From Bdellovibrionales bacterium (lineage in GTDB: Bacteria > Bdellovibrionota > Bdellovibrionia > Bdellovibrionales > DASUEL01), in contig JBFWOZ010000010.1 in the NCBI GenBank assembly GCA_050250255.1, forward strand, positions 1 through 64,000: a stretch of 64,000 nt of DNA, written 5' to 3'. Numbering within the stretch: position 1 is the stretch's first letter; every line of letters starts with the position of its first letter. Under the pieces are notes generated by a model that saw only the letters and a list, made by a program, of their open reading frames with translations, was not told the DNA's origin and made no database searches. A program made the translations under genes and the position numbers. Positions 7,848 to 17,537 of this stretch are shown here, piece after piece.

Positions 7848-9325
7848 TGAGATTTCTTTTTTCACTTCTTCTTACAATTTCTTTCGCTGGTTTATCTGCC
7901 TCTGAAGCGCAGGTAAAAGCGAAAGCTTTAAATAAGAAGAACGTGGATTTGCGTGTGGGTTTACAGCAGGACGAAGTCATGTCCTACATGCCAGAGAATC
8001 CATCCTTCGTAGGAGATTTCAAACGTATCGTAAAAGTCTCTTTGAATAAAAAAGAAAGAAAACTTCGTTTTGATCCTATCCGCGTAGGTACGGGTACACT
8101 TTCCGTAATGGATGAACGCGGGCGAAAAGTTTTTGACTACCTCATCACAATCTCTAAGGGGCAATTGAGCCAGGTCATGAGAGAAGTCAAAGGACTTCTC
8201 GCGGATATCGAAGGCATTGAGATTAAAATCATCAACAATAAAGTGGTGGTGGATGGCCAAATCCTTTTACCAAAAGATTTGAATCGTATTTACAGCGTGG
8301 TTAGTCAGTATCCTGATATGGCTTCAAGCCTTGTGACTTTAAGTCCTTTGGCACAAAAGAAAATTGCGGAATTTATTGAGCGAGATATCAACAATCCAGA
8401 AATCCATGTTCGTCCGGTAAATGAGAAATTCATGCTTGAGGGTGTGGCTAATGATGAGGCAGAGAAACAGCGCGCCGAAATCATAGCGAAGACCTATATT
8501 CCTGATACGATCGTTGAAGCTGCGGAAGCCGGCGGTATCATCAAAAAGAGAAAGCTAGATGCAGTGATCAATCTGCTTATGGTGAAGCCAGGTGCAGAAC
8601 CGGAGCCAGGTAAAATCATTCAACTCACGATCCACTACGTGGAATTACAAAAAGACTACACGAAGGGTTTTCGTTTTCAGTTTACGCCAGACGTCTCAGA
8701 TTCTAGTCGAGTGGACTTCTCCTCGGGAGGCCGAGAGCCTGGTGGAGTTGTCAGTCAGATCACGGCAACGGTTTCGAACTTACTTCCGAAGTTGAATTGG
8801 GCTTCTCAGCATGGGCATGCGCGTGTGTTACAAAGCTCCACAATCATCGTTCAGGATGGAAAAGAGGGGAAATTGCAATCGACTACAAGCGTGCCTTACC
8901 AAGTTGTGGGCCAAGGCGGATTACCTTCTACAAGCTTTCAAGACGCAGGCATTATTACTTCGATCACGCCTAAATTGATTAGTTCTAAATCTGACACCGT
9001 AGATATGAAAATCGATTTTGCTTTGAAGAGCTTATTAGGAATCACGGATAAAGGCCCCATGATCTCAAATAGTGCGATCCAAACGATTGTATCGGTTCGT
9101 AGCGGCCAGAGTGCGGCAATTGGTGGACTAGTTTCAAGTTCTTCTGGAGCAGATTACAACAAACTTCCCAAAAACGTGTCAGAGAATCCGATCATTTCAC
9201 TCTACGCTTCAAAAAGTTTTCGTCGTAATCAAAGTCAGTTCGTGGTGTTCATCACGCCGATCGTGAAGTCCTCCGCCAGCGCCGGCTCTGAACGCATCAA
9301 GCAAAAATTCAGGCTGAAAGACTAA
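7847..9325 (+). CDS. cpaC: Flp pilus secretin CpaC/RcpA (BON plus secretin domains)
   Basis: Signal peptide, BON-like regions, secretin C-terminus SGQSAAIGGL...FVVFITP. Confidence 0.88.
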   Translation: MRFLFSLLLTISFAGLSASEAQVKAKALNKKNVDLRVGLQQDEVMSYMPENPSFVGDFKRIVKVSLNKKERKLRFDPIRVGTGTLSVMDERGRKVFDYLITISKGQLSQVMREVKGLLADIEGIEIKIINNKVVVDGQILLPKDLNRIYSVVSQYPDMASSLVTLSPLAQKKIAEFIERDINNPEIHVRPVNEKFMLEGVANDEAEKQRAEIIAKTYIPDTIVEAAEAGGIIKKRKLDAVINLLMVKPGAEPEPGKIIQLTIHYVELQKDYTKGFRFQFTPDVSDSSRVDFSSGGREPGGVVSQITATVSNLLPKLNWASQHGHARVLQSSTIIVQDGKEGKLQSTTSVPYQVVGQGGLPSTSFQDAGIITSITPKLISSKSDTVDMKIDFALKSLLGITDKGPMISNSAIQTIVSVRSGQSAAIGGLVSSSSGADYNKLPKNVSENPIISLYASKSFRRNQSQFVVFITPIVKSSASAGSERIKQKFRLKD

Positions 9326-9347
9326 AAGGTGCCTGGGCACCTTTTAG
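9322..9347. terminator. 12-bp perfect inverted repeat between convergent genes (REP-like or bidirectional terminator)
   Basis: CTAAAAGGTGCC-TG-GGCACCTTTTAG; contains both stop codons. Confidence 0.7.
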
Positions 9348-10426
9348 AGTTCTTTTTTGGGTATGAGGTCGCGAACTTCGTAGACGTTGCCGTCTTCACG
9401 GCCGACCCAAAAGAGGTTACCCTTAATGTGAGCAATCGCCTCTGTCTGACCCATGGTGTTTGTAGATATGGGGCGTATCGAAGCTTCGTTTGGTTTCGTC
9501 CAATTTTTGATTTCCATCACGCCAAAATACGTCAGAGCAAATAGTCGATTTTTGTTATCGAGAGTGGCATCTGTAATGGGGCCTGTTGGTGGATAACGGC
9601 CAAGAAGCTCTGGCTTTTGTGGGATCGAATTTCTTAGCGGGACTCGATAAACGCGACCGGTTTTGTAGTACACCTTTTCAAAAAGATAAATGGCATTGTC
9701 ATAATAAATTCCGGCTTCGCAGTCCATGGCGCCTTCGGGATATTGAATTTCAAACCGCGACACTTTTTCGACACGTCCAAGCCGTGCGTCTTTTGCGGCA
9801 AAACGGTAAAGATAAACAGATTTGCGAATAGCTTTGTTATCGCCTACATCCAAAATCCAAATATTTTCTCCATCATTGGTAATGGCTTCCCAGTCGGTAT
9901 TGATGCTGCCGGCAAGTTGGTACGCTGTGCTTTTTCGGTCGCTCGGCGAAGTGTGCGCAACGGCTGTGGAGTTCCCGCTATCACCATGAGACCAAACAGT
10001 TTGGTTAGATTTCAAAAGTGTGAAACCAGAAAGTTCTGTAACGAATGGCGCGATATTAAAGATCGGCCTAGGTACAGCGAAGTCGGGATATCGTTTTACA
10101 AGAATGCTGAGTTTTGTGAGTTGTTGTTTGTAAAAAACAGTTTTGGGGTCTGCCTTCGGTGCGGCTGCACGTGCGGTATCAATTTCTAAGTGGTAAAGCC
10201 CCACGATCAGGCCGGTCAGAAGAGGTTCTTTGGGTTGAACGCAATGTCTGTCATGGATTTTTCTGAGTTCGGCATCGCTATTTTTTTCTGCAAAGTTTTT
10301 GATGTTCTGACAAATGTTTCTTCCTTCAGAGATGAGTTTTTGTGCATCTTTTGGTGGAAGATGAGAATAGGAAGTCGCAAGAGCGACAACGCTAAGAAAA
10401 TTCAAAAGAAAAAAATATTTAAACAT
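9344..10426 (-). CDS. Secreted hypothetical protein, probable C-terminal beta-propeller
   Basis: Signal peptide; ELSG, DWEAI, DVGDN, DCEA, ITDA and QTEAI blade-like motifs. Confidence 0.7.
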   Translation of the reverse strand: MFKYFFLLNFLSVVALATSYSHLPPKDAQKLISEGRNICQNIKNFAEKNSDAELRKIHDRHCVQPKEPLLTGLIVGLYHLEIDTARAAAPKADPKTVFYKQQLTKLSILVKRYPDFAVPRPIFNIAPFVTELSGFTLLKSNQTVWSHGDSGNSTAVAHTSPSDRKSTAYQLAGSINTDWEAITNDGENIWILDVGDNKAIRKSVYLYRFAAKDARLGRVEKVSRFEIQYPEGAMDCEAGIYYDNAIYLFEKVYYKTGRVYRVPLRNSIPQKPELLGRYPPTGPITDATLDNKNRLFALTYFGVMEIKNWTKPNEASIRPISTNTMGQTEAIAHIKGNLFWVGREDGNVYEVRDLIPKKEL

Positions 10427-11666
10427 GCTGTCTCCTCGGTGGACGTCTTCTTGGGCGGCGGTTGCGTGGGCGCTCGGTGGTTTCAGCTCTTAACGTTTGA
10501 ATTTGTGGCAGGGCTTTTTTGTAAGCTTGTTCCCAAAACAATAAATCGGAACCCGAAAGGGTATGATCCAAGCGGCAGAGAAGAAGCGCCATCGGGAAAG
10601 CCTCTTGAGCGAGAACCGCCATTTGTCGACGTTCGCCGCGATTTTTAAATTTGTGCACGGATCTTAAGAGGGATTGGATATGAAGCGCGCGTGCAAAGTA
10701 GCGTTGCTCCATGTTGGACATGCCGAGTTCATCGCGGAACAATATTTTAAGTTGCTCGTCGTTGAGAATTTGGTTGGGTTCTATCGCCTCACCGGGATGC
10801 TGATCATGCATCGCTCGATAGTAAGAGATCAAAAGGGCCGAGAACAGTTCACTTGGGTGGTCTTCGTTCACGGCTAAATCAAGAATTTGTTCTAAATAGC
10901 TATCGAAGATCTCGCTCGATTCTTGAGTCTTGTACACTTTTGCGAAGGTTGGAGAAAGATATTGGAGCACACTGAGATCATTTAATTCATGAAACGCGTG
11001 TACGGGTCTCTTTAAACGAAGAAACTTCAAAATCTCTTCACGCTTACGTGGTAAGACCGAACGCAAGAGGCCTTCCGCATTTTGTTCAATCGCAGCTCGT
11101 AAATCAGAATCTAAAAGAAAATTTAATTTATGAGTGAGGCGAATGGCACGTAGAATTCGAATAGGATCTTCCTTCAGGCGCGTGTTGGCATCGCCTATCA
11201 CGCGCAGAATGCGATTTTGAATGTCTTCAATGCCGCCGCAGTAATCAATCAACTTATCGGCAACGGGATCGTAGAACAAACTGTTGAGCGTGAAATCCCG
11301 GCGTTTGGCATCTTCTTCTTCGGTGCCAAATAAATTGTCTGGAGAAAGATTTTCGTCTTCGAGTTCCTCAGGACGGGGATCACGACGAAAAGTCGCGACT
11401 TCGTATTGCTTCCCGTCTCGCTTTACAAGGACGAGGCGAAACCGGCGTCCAATGATGTAGGCTTGGCGAATGACGGCTCGGATGTCTTCGGGATGAGCGG
11501 TGGTCGCAATGTCGAAATCTTTGGGTGGAATACCGGCGAGCAAATCACGTACGCAACCACCTACCAAATAAGTGGTGAAATCTGCTTCCTGTAGCCGTTT
11601 TACGATTTCAAAGGCATGAGGATCGATCCATTGACGAGTGAGCGAAGGCCGCGACTTTACTTGCAT
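10419..11666 (-). CDS. pcnB: Poly(A) polymerase I
   Basis: YLVGGCVRDLL, PKDFDIAT, IIGRRF (PAP-type signature), RRDFT.N, EDPIRILRA; Arg-rich tail. Confidence 0.9.
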   Translation of the reverse strand: MQVKSRPSLTRQWIDPHAFEIVKRLQEADFTTYLVGGCVRDLLAGIPPKDFDIATTAHPEDIRAVIRQAYIIGRRFRLVLVKRDGKQYEVATFRRDPRPEELEDENLSPDNLFGTEEEDAKRRDFTLNSLFYDPVADKLIDYCGGIEDIQNRILRVIGDANTRLKEDPIRILRAIRLTHKLNFLLDSDLRAAIEQNAEGLLRSVLPRKREEILKFLRLKRPVHAFHELNDLSVLQYLSPTFAKVYKTQESSEIFDSYLEQILDLAVNEDHPSELFSALLISYYRAMHDQHPGEAIEPNQILNDEQLKILFRDELGMSNMEQRYFARALHIQSLLRSVHKFKNRGERRQMAVLAQEAFPMALLLCRLDHTLSGSDLLFWEQAYKKALPQIQTLRAETTERPRNRRPRRRPPRRQHV

Positions 11667-11706
11667 CCTCTTCAGGGATAGATTTGAAACGAAGGCGTGT
11701 CAACGT

Positions 11707-12489
11707 ATGGGATTTCTTGAACAGTTTCACCATTCTATCTACGGTTTAGAGAGCTCGCCGAAGCTCGTTTTTCTGCACGGTTTAATGGGCTTTGCCGGCA
11801 ACTGGCGTCGGATCACTCCAGCCTTTGAAAAAGACTTTCAGATCCTCACCTATGATCAAAGAGGGCATGGGCGCTCGTTCAAACCTTCAGGAGGCTATCG
11901 ACCTGAGGATTACGCCGACGATTTAGCTAAAATTTTAGAAGAACTAGGATGGGAAAAAATCCATCTGGTAGGTCATTCCATGGGTGGAAGAAACGCCCAG
12001 AACTTTGCGGCAAGATTTCCGCAGCGCGTAGTAAAATTAGTCATCGAAGACATCGGACCCGACACGAGCGAAGCCGCGGTTCAGAAGATTGTCGACATTA
12101 TCGAGCGTGCCCCAACACCCTTCACGGACAAAGTGATGGCAAAAGATTTTTTCTACAACAACTACAAAGACGTCTCGCTCGGCGCTTATCTCTATTCCAA
12201 CATCGAAGAAAAACCGAACAAAACTTTTGATTGGCGTTTTAGCAAAGAAGCCATCTTAGAAAGCGTGCGCTTAGGACGTGCGCAAGAACGTTGGGACGAA
12301 CTGAAAAGTTTAAAGATGCCAACCCTTCTCATTCGCGGTGAAAAAAGTGAAGAGCTTCCGCGTGACGTTTACGAAAAAGCACTCACCGTAAATCCTCTCG
12401 TAAAGGGAGTGGAAATCGCAGGCAGCGGCCACTGGGTCCACTTCGACAAACCCGACGAGTTCATTCAAGCTCTTAAAAAATTCTTTTAA
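11707..12489 (+). CDS. Alpha/beta hydrolase (YbfF-like esterase)
   Basis: HGLMG, DQRGHG, GHSMGG nucleophile elbow, GHWVH. Confidence 0.9.
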   Translation: MGFLEQFHHSIYGLESSPKLVFLHGLMGFAGNWRRITPAFEKDFQILTYDQRGHGRSFKPSGGYRPEDYADDLAKILEELGWEKIHLVGHSMGGRNAQNFAARFPQRVVKLVIEDIGPDTSEAAVQKIVDIIERAPTPFTDKVMAKDFFYNNYKDVSLGAYLYSNIEEKPNKTFDWRFSKEAILESVRLGRAQERWDELKSLKMPTLLIRGEKSEELPRDVYEKALTVNPLVKGVEIAGSGHWVHFDKPDEFIQALKKFF

Positions 12490-12568
12490 GGTGCCAGTGT
12501 CATTTTTCTGGCTACACTGCTTCACGTAGTGGCCGCAGTGTAGCCAGAAAAATGACACTGGCACCTTA
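12487..12568. repeat. Perfect 34-bp inverted repeat with 14-nt loop
   Basis: TAAGGTGCCAGTGTCATTTTTCTGGCTACACTGC (12487-12520) and its exact reverse complement (12535-12568). Confidence 0.95.
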
Positions 12569-13285
12569 GTGGAAAGCTTCGGCGAAGATTTTCTTTGGGT
12601 CGAATTGGAGTTCGTCTTTCAGAATGCCTTGAGCGTTTTTGATCATTGCTGGATTTCCGCAGAGGTAGACAAGAGTTTCTTGAGTTTTTAGATCGTAGTC
12701 TTTGAGGTAATCCGTGACGAAGCCGCGTTTGCCGGTCCATTCGCTGAGGGGTTTATCGAGGACGAATTCGTAGTTGAACGTTGGTGCGATCTTTTTAATT
12801 TCTTCGAGCTCTTTTTGATAGAACATTTCTTTTTCGTTCCACACACCGAGAAGCAAAGTCACTTTGGAGGAGCCGAATTGATGGGCGTGGGATCTTAAAA
12901 ATCCAATGTGCTGTGAGAGGCCGGCGCCTGTGCAGAGCATGAGAACTTGTGGAGGAATCGGTGATTGAAAAAAGAGTCGTCCGAAGGGGCCCGTGATTGA
13001 AAGTTCCTCTCCACCTTTGAGCTGTCTTACGAAATCTGAGGCTTTTCCCTGAGGAAAAAGTTTAATTAAGAGAGTGGGTTTGTCTTTTTCTCGAGCATCA
13101 GAGGCAATAGAATAGGCTCTAGGTGCGGGTTTGTCCTGTCCCGGTACGGGCACTTGGAGCATAAGAAATTGGCCTGACTGAAATTGAAACCCCTTAGGAT
13201 CCAATACATCAATTCTGAGCTCCCGCATGGTATCGGTGAGCGCATGGATTTCTTTCAGACGGCATTTATAAAGTGTTCGAGCCAT
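12566..13285 (-). CDS. FAD/NAD(P)-binding oxidoreductase (FNR-like)
   Basis: GQF, RAYSIAS, GKAS, GPFG, TGAG, YLCGNPAM and EAF motifs. Confidence 0.9.
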   Translation of the reverse strand: MARTLYKCRLKEIHALTDTMRELRIDVLDPKGFQFQSGQFLMLQVPVPGQDKPAPRAYSIASDAREKDKPTLLIKLFPQGKASDFVRQLKGGEELSITGPFGRLFFQSPIPPQVLMLCTGAGLSQHIGFLRSHAHQFGSSKVTLLLGVWNEKEMFYQKELEEIKKIAPTFNYEFVLDKPLSEWTGKRGFVTDYLKDYDLKTQETLVYLCGNPAMIKNAQGILKDELQFDPKKIFAEAFH

Positions 13286-13431
13286 TGGCCCGCTACTATC
13301 TCGACATCTTCTGTGAGAGTCAAATCTGCTCCTTTGACTTTTGACCCGCATTTTGATTAAAAAGTGGCCACAACGATGGAAAGCTTAATGCCCAGCATCA
13401 AGTTAACCGGTTTTACCCCGAGGTTTTTCTT

Positions 13432-15156
13432 TTGAAGTTTTCAGAACTAAATTTACAGTCCGATGTTCAAGCAGGAATAGATGCGCTAGGTTTTTCCGAT
13501 TGCACACCGATTCAAGAATCCGTTATCCCACACATTCTCAGCGGAAAAGACATCGCGGGACTCGCCCAAACCGGTACCGGAAAAACGGCCGCTTATGTCG
13601 TGCCACTTCTTGATCGTCTTTTACGATCCAGAATGTCGCTAGAGCAAGTTCCTGAAGATCAAAAAGAGCTTCAAGCCACTCGCCAATATCCTGAATGGAA
13701 AAAGCGCGAATTTATTTTGGTGCTTGTTCCAACACGTGAACTTGCAGATCAAGTGAGCGAACAAATCGAAAAACTTAAAGGCACGGCCGAAGTGGGTGTC
13801 GTTACGATCTACGGCGGGACGGGTTATGATAAACAAATCGCCGGATTAAAAGCCGATGTTGATTTTGTGGTGGGAACACCAGGTCGCTTGATTGATCTCT
13901 ACAAATCTCACGTGGTCGATTTTAAACAAGTGCGAGCGATTGTATTTGATGAAGCTGATCGCATGTTCGACATGGGTTTTCGCGATGACATGAAATACAT
14001 TCTGAAACGAGTGCCTACAACTCGTCAGTTTCTTGTGTTCAGTGCGACTCTTAACTTTGAAGTTCTCAATATTGCCTACACTTTTGGAGCAGATCCGATC
14101 GAGTGTAACGTCAGTAAAGATCAAGCCAAAGCGGAAAACGTAAAAGATGAAATCTATCACGTTGGCCAGGATGAGAAACCTCAGTATCTTCTTTCGCTGA
14201 TCAAAAAAGAAAACGCGAAACAGGTGATCATTTTCAGTAACTTCAAACATAACGTGGGTCGTATTTCTGAGTTTCTCACACAAAATGGATATCCCGCTGT
14301 TGCGATTTCAAGTCTTCTCACGCAAGCACAACGTAATCGGGTGATGGAACAATTCAAATCCGCCGACGGACAAAATATTTTAGTCGCGACCGATCTCGCG
14401 GCTCGTGGTCTCGACATCACCGGTGTGGATTTGGTTTCTAACTACGATCTCCCGGATGATCCCGAAAACTACGTTCACCGTATTGGACGAACGGGTCGCG
14501 CGGGACGCGAAGGCCGTGCTTTTAGTCTCGTAAGCGATCGCGATGTAGAAGCTCTCGGACGTATCGAAGATTATTTGAAACATAAGATTTCCATTGGGTG
14601 GATTGAAGAGTCGGAGATCGTAAAAGAATTCTCTGCATTTCCTTCCTATGATTCTCATGAAAGAAAAAAACCTTTCAGCGGCGGAGCAAAACTATCGGGT
14701 GGACCTCGTACAGGTGGTCCGCGCGGTCCACGCCCTGATCGTGGTCCTCGACGTGACGGACCAAGAACAGAGGGCCCTCGACGCGAACGCCCTCTAGGAG
14801 ATCGCCCACAAGGTGAGCGTCGGCCTCTTCGAGAAGCAGGTGCGGGAGAGGCGCCTCGTAGTCATGGTCAGCATCGTGATCGTCTTTCAGGACGACACGG
14901 AAATCGTGACTCGAGAAATGAACCACGTGGTGAACAGCGACCGAATCAAGCAAATGGTCAGACACCTCGCGGTCCTCGTCATGGAAAACCTTCTCACGAA
15001 GGCCACCGGGCTGGTCCACGAGACAATCAACGTAAAGATCATCGTGGTGGAAATCGTCGTTATGAATCGAAACGTACACCTCAAAAGCCAGCACCAAAAC
15101 CTGCAGGCATCGGTGCAAAAATTTCGGGATTCTTTAAAGGTATTTTCGGAAAGTAA
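13432..15156 (+). CDS. DEAD-box RNA helicase (RhlB/RhlE-like) with R/G/P-rich tail
   Basis: AQTGTGKT, PTRELA, DEAD, SAT, ARGLD and HRIGRTGR motifs. Confidence 0.95.
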   Translation: MKFSELNLQSDVQAGIDALGFSDCTPIQESVIPHILSGKDIAGLAQTGTGKTAAYVVPLLDRLLRSRMSLEQVPEDQKELQATRQYPEWKKREFILVLVPTRELADQVSEQIEKLKGTAEVGVVTIYGGTGYDKQIAGLKADVDFVVGTPGRLIDLYKSHVVDFKQVRAIVFDEADRMFDMGFRDDMKYILKRVPTTRQFLVFSATLNFEVLNIAYTFGADPIECNVSKDQAKAENVKDEIYHVGQDEKPQYLLSLIKKENAKQVIIFSNFKHNVGRISEFLTQNGYPAVAISSLLTQAQRNRVMEQFKSADGQNILVATDLAARGLDITGVDLVSNYDLPDDPENYVHRIGRTGRAGREGRAFSLVSDRDVEALGRIEDYLKHKISIGWIEESEIVKEFSAFPSYDSHERKKPFSGGAKLSGGPRTGGPRGPRPDRGPRRDGPRTEGPRRERPLGDRPQGERRPLREAGAGEAPRSHGQHRDRLSGRHGNRDSRNEPRGEQRPNQANGQTPRGPRHGKPSHEGHRAGPRDNQRKDHRGGNRRYESKRTPQKPAPKPAGIGAKISGFFKGIFGK

Positions 15157-15168
15157 AAGGGAGTTAGC

Positions 15169-15402
15169 ATGGGCGGTTTAAGTTTTACCCACATGGTTTT
15201 AATTGTGATCGTCGTTTTGATCTTTTTTGGTCCGACACGACTCCCAGGGCTTGGAAAATCTCTCGGTGAGGCCATTCGCGGTTTCAAAAAAGGAATTGGC
15301 GGTGAGGAAGAAATCGATGTTACTCCTCCAGAGAAACTCAAAGACGGAACGAGCGAAAACACCGTACGAACAGAAAAAACATCCGAAAAAGACAAAGTTT
15401 AG
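15169..15402 (+). CDS. tatA: Twin-arginine translocase TatA/E
   Basis: TM helix followed by FFGPTRLPGLGKSLGEAIRGFKK. Confidence 0.92.
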   Translation: MGGLSFTHMVLIVIVVLIFFGPTRLPGLGKSLGEAIRGFKKGIGGEEEIDVTPPEKLKDGTSENTVRTEKTSEKDKV

Positions 15403-15411
15403 TTTTTATAG

Positions 15412-15993
15412 ATGCTGATTCAAGACGCGATTCGATTCATCCAAGAGATTGATAAACTCAAAAGCGATTGTCGTAAAACTCTCAACTACAATCAACAGCG
15501 CGAAGAGAACACGGCCGAACATTCGTGGCATCTCGCCATGTCCGTGATTGTTTTTAAAGATTTCTCCAATTTTCCAAACTTGGATTTGTTAAAGGCCATC
15601 AAGTTGGCACTTGTGCACGACATTGTTGAAATCGATGCAGGCGATGTGATTGTCTATAAAGAAGATCCAGAGAAATACGATCGCGAAAAAAAGGCGGCCG
15701 AGCGTATTTTTGGACTCTTGCCTCAAGAGCTTAGTAAAGAATTTCATGCCCTCTGGGAAGAGTTTGAAGCCAAGAAAACACCCGAAGCTCAATTCGTAAA
15801 TGCGCTCGATCGTTTTTTACCAATGATGTCGAATCACTTAAATGGTGGTCACACTTGGAAAAAATTTAATGTAAACCATGCGCAAGTTCTCGCCAAAAAT
15901 CAAAAAGCCATCTCCAGTGGTTCAGAAGAACTATGGAAGATGGCCTCAGAAATGCTTGAAAAATCCATCGCACAAGGCGATTTAAATCGCTAA
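15412..15993 (+). CDS. HD-domain phosphohydrolase (HDDC2/YfbR-like)
   Basis: ENTAEHSW, HDIVEIDAGD, LWEEFE, DR motifs. Confidence 0.88.
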   Translation: MLIQDAIRFIQEIDKLKSDCRKTLNYNQQREENTAEHSWHLAMSVIVFKDFSNFPNLDLLKAIKLALVHDIVEIDAGDVIVYKEDPEKYDREKKAAERIFGLLPQELSKEFHALWEEFEAKKTPEAQFVNALDRFLPMMSNHLNGGHTWKKFNVNHAQVLAKNQKAISSGSEELWKMASEMLEKSIAQGDLNR

Positions 15994-15999
15994 CTCTAT

Positions 16000-17394
16000 T
16001 TACTGACGAGTTGTTTCCGCATCTTCAGTCGATGTTCGTGGTGTGATGATCACATCCACACGACGATTTTGCGCACGTCCTGCTAAAGTTTTATTTGTTG
16101 CGATGGGTTTTTGAAAACCATAACCCACAGATTTTAGATTTGTGTTTTCAAGCCCATTGTTTTCTAAATAACTTTCTACAGATGCAGCACGCTTCTGAGA
16201 AAGTTTTTGGTTTGCTGGAGCTGAACCTAAAGAATCAGTATGGCCTTCCACCACGATGTTCTTTGGCTCAAGTTCTTGAGCGACATTTTTTACTTTCGCA
16301 AGGAGTGGAAGAGCGCTTGTAGGAAGATCCGCTTTTCCTGAAGGAAAATTCATCGCTTTTAAACGAATCAAGAGTTTATCGCCTTGCTGGTAAACTTCGG
16401 CTTCATCTTCATTGAATTGCTTACGTGCCGTTTCCATTGCGGCTTGAATAGCAATTGAGGCTCCGGCAGTAGCAAGTTGACGATCTTTTTGTTGAAGAGT
16501 TTGGTTTTTTTCCTCTAGAGCACGCTCCTTTTCTGCAATGGTGCGAGCTTTTGCATTGATAGCCGCATCTTTATCCCCTAGCTGTGAGTTAAGAACTGCG
16601 ATTTTACGTTGTTGATTGACCATCGCGATGGCAGCGCTTTCATCAAGAGTGTTTTCAGAGCTGTGAGCGGCATTAAGCACATCCACAAGGAACTGAGCGC
16701 TGACATTGGCTTTTTCAACGGCAGGCATATAGAGGCCTGGTTTGCCTCGTTGAGCGGCGATCGTATTTTCCGCACTCGTTAAATCAAGTTCGGCCTGGCG
16801 TAAGGTGTTAGGTGCGTGAGCTTTAGCGCGATCCTCATTTCTTGCGGTCTGAACTTGATTTCGAGCATTACTTAAGTGAACCGTTTTTAAAGTTTCCACT
16901 TCAAGAGCCATGTAGCGAGTTTGAAGTGAAGAAAAATCAGCTGACGTTAGATTTTTTAAATCAGAAAATTCTCGACGAAAACTATCATCGATGTTTCCAA
17001 GTTCTTTATTGTGGTGGGGATGTTGCCTAGCACCTGCGGTGATGGCCATGTTTCGAGCCGCTAAAATTCCTTCTACAATAGGACGTTTACCAGTAGCAAA
17101 CTCTTCTGCTCGCTGTAAGTAGCCTCGGGCATAACCGATTTCGTTTCGTGCTTCTTCGCCATCTCCATCAGCCATTTCTTCTTTAGCTTCTTTAAGTGCG
17201 GCTTCTGCGGATTTGTAATCTTTTGGGGCCATCACATCGAGGTGATTTTTGCGGGCGGTTTCAATTTCTGATTCTAATTTAACAATTTCTTCTGATGTAT
17301 TACTGCTCACTTCGGCTTTGTGAACACTATGTCCGCAACCAAATGAAACAAAAAGCAAGCTCATCGCTGTAAGGGTTAAGCCTCGTAAACGCAT
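16000..17394 (-). CDS. OmpA-domain lipoprotein with long coiled-coil
   Basis: Lipobox-like VSFGC; C-terminal VEGHTD, LSQKRA and NRRVD; GGAGG RBS before ATG 17394. Confidence 0.88.
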   Translation of the reverse strand: MRLRGLTLTAMSLLFVSFGCGHSVHKAEVSSNTSEEIVKLESEIETARKNHLDVMAPKDYKSAEAALKEAKEEMADGDGEEARNEIGYARGYLQRAEEFATGKRPIVEGILAARNMAITAGARQHPHHNKELGNIDDSFRREFSDLKNLTSADFSSLQTRYMALEVETLKTVHLSNARNQVQTARNEDRAKAHAPNTLRQAELDLTSAENTIAAQRGKPGLYMPAVEKANVSAQFLVDVLNAAHSSENTLDESAAIAMVNQQRKIAVLNSQLGDKDAAINAKARTIAEKERALEEKNQTLQQKDRQLATAGASIAIQAAMETARKQFNEDEAEVYQQGDKLLIRLKAMNFPSGKADLPTSALPLLAKVKNVAQELEPKNIVVEGHTDSLGSAPANQKLSQKRAASVESYLENNGLENTNLKSVGYGFQKPIATNKTLAGRAQNRRVDVIITPRTSTEDAETTRQ

Positions 17395-17435
17395 GGATAT
17401 CCTCCGGGTAAAATGATCATTGTGCGGGATACATG

Positions 17436-17451
17436 AGCATATAATATGCCA
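17436..17451 (-). promoter_or_regulatory. Candidate sigma54 promoter
   Basis: TGGCAT-ATTAT-ATGCT on the minus strand, about 40 bp upstream of the OmpA-domain gene. Confidence 0.45.
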
Positions 17452-17537
17452 GGGCACAGAACGATTGGGTCAGGCAATAAGGGACTTTTTCAAAAAGGAG
17501 AGGGGTAAAAAGACCCGTACGATGGGACAAAGCTCCT

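Noticed and set aside
14660..15120. Repetitive GC-rich tract and overlapping alternative ORFs
   Set aside because: Explained by the low-complexity R/G/P tail of the DEAD-box helicase.
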